A stretch of 24,471 nt of DNA from positions 1 to 24,471 of the forward strand of contig JBBDRK010000036.1 of NCBI GenBank assembly GCA_040905465.1. The letters run 5' to 3'. A model generated the notes under the pieces. It saw only the letters and a program-made list of their open reading frames with translations, had not been told where the DNA came from and ran no database searches. Below are positions 23,730 through 24,471 of this stretch, in pieces. Every line of letters begins with the position of its first letter. Position 1 is the stretch's first letter. Source of the DNA: Trueperaceae bacterium. GTDB taxonomy: Bacteria; Deinococcota; Deinococci; Deinococcales; Trueperaceae. The translations under genes and the position numbers were made by a program.

Positions 23730-24471
23730 GATTCGGCCTCCAATTCAACAGGGGTGTCTTCGCGGTTACCCCACTCGCCCCAGGAGCCGAGGTAGAGCCT
23801 CGTTCCCGGGTGTCCCAGCATCTCCAGTACGGCAGCGGTATGTGCCGCCCTGACGCCGCTCTGACAGTACACGATCACCTCCGGCTTCTCCAGAACGGGT
23901 GCGAGCAAGTCCCTCAGCTCCGTCTCCGGTCGCAAGCGCAGTTCAGGAGTCAGCGCCAAAGTCCAGGGGAAGAGCAAAGCACCCGGAACGTGTCCGCCTC
24001 TCCGGGCCGCTATCAACTCGCCGCGGTACTCCTCCGGCTCACGAGTATCGACTATGGCGACGTCGGCGTCGTCCAGCCGGCTCAACAACTCCTCCGCGGA
24101 AACGAGACGATCCCGATCGGGCTCTCCTGAACCCAGGTAGCCTGCAGGCGCCACCTCCGGCCTCGCCAGGCCAGACGATTTAGCCTCCGCCTCGATCCCG
24201 CCGCTCGCGCCCTCGCTCGGGGATCGTTCGGGCCCGCCGACGAGAGCTTCGCCGTCCGCCAGCCAAGCCTCGACACCTCCGTCCAGGAGACGCGCGCTCC
24301 GCAATCCGTAGCTCCGCAGGGTCCACCACAGGTGAGCCGCGTCGGCTCCGCCACGAGCGCCGTAGAGCACGATGTCTCTACCCTCGTATCTATCGGCGTC
24401 CCAGTCGGCCTCCCAATCGGCGTCTGCGAGCCAGTTAGCGCTGCGCCGAAGCTCCGCCCGGCGAACCAGAC
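23726..24471 (-). CDS. Tandem-domain rhodanese/sulfurtransferase (5' partial)
   Basis: The frame is open to the window edge. It shows LWWTLRSYG..RLLDGGVEAW, IVDTREPEEY.G, GGHVPGA, the catalytic loop VYCQSGVRA and LYLGSWGEW. Its stop overlaps the propeller start (ATGA). Confidence 0.92.
   Translation of the reverse strand, partial: LVRRAELRRSANWLADADWEADWDADRYEGRDIVLYGARGGADAAHLWWTLRSYGLRSARLLDGGVEAWLADGEALVGGPERSPSEGASGGIEAEAKSSGLARPEVAPAGYLGSGEPDRDRLVSAEELLSRLDDADVAIVDTREPEEYRGELIAARRGGHVPGALLFPWTLALTPELRLRPETELRDLLAPVLEKPEVIVYCQSGVRAAHTAAVLEMLGHPGTRLYLGSWGEWGNREDTPVELEAES

Noticed and set aside
24392-24427. Three imperfect 12-bp tandem units (ADAD/WEAD/WDAD) in the rhodanese 5' region
   Set aside because: They lie at the window edge, where the translation stops resembling rhodanese and another frame gives RRLGGRLG. 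This is probably noisy end sequence and needs read support.
1-24471. CRISPR arrays, tRNA/rRNA genes, transposases, integrases or phage genes
   Set aside because: No regularly spaced repeats, RNA-gene signatures or mobile-element motifs were seen by eye.

Overview
This is a high-GC bacterial window, probably Deinococcota. That assignment is an inference from a leaderless TAnnnT promoter and protein styles. It is densely coding and has four blocks. (1) 57-6096: a probable copper/envelope-metal regulon. It contains a 5'-disrupted TlpA/CcmG-like thioredoxin, a secreted Met/His-rich protein, an OmpR-family two-component system with a Met/His-rich sensor loop, SCO plus a PCuAC-like protein lacking the Cu ligands, a SHOCT protein and a His/Met Asp-box propeller. 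Four promoters in this block share one architecture: CT(T/A)(T/A/C)A(C/T)-N5-repeat-N10-(-10 box). (2) 6121-12682: a peptide/nickel-family ABC importer with a fused double ATPase, followed by a DUF1684 gene and a GST C-terminal fragment. (3) 12743-18460: a GTAG-type REP hairpin, an alpha/beta-hydrolase-OsmC fusion, an acetoacetate-decarboxylase-like gene, a DUF3179 gene and a GH15 hydrolase. (4) 18562-24471: ccdA and a TlpA gene, downstream of a candidate sulfur (or selenium) uptake/relay operon. That operon encodes an active rhodanese, a Tat-exported beta-propeller with a CxxxCC tail, a membrane-anchored catalytically dead rhodanese whose only Cys sits on a flexible C-terminal tail, a YeeE/YedE transporter and a TusA-family carrier. 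The best candidates for something undescribed are the block 4 operon and the four-site regulatory box of block 1. No rRNA, tRNA, CRISPR array or transposase was seen. Both extreme ends of the window look noisy. All family calls come from motif recognition by eye, not database searches.
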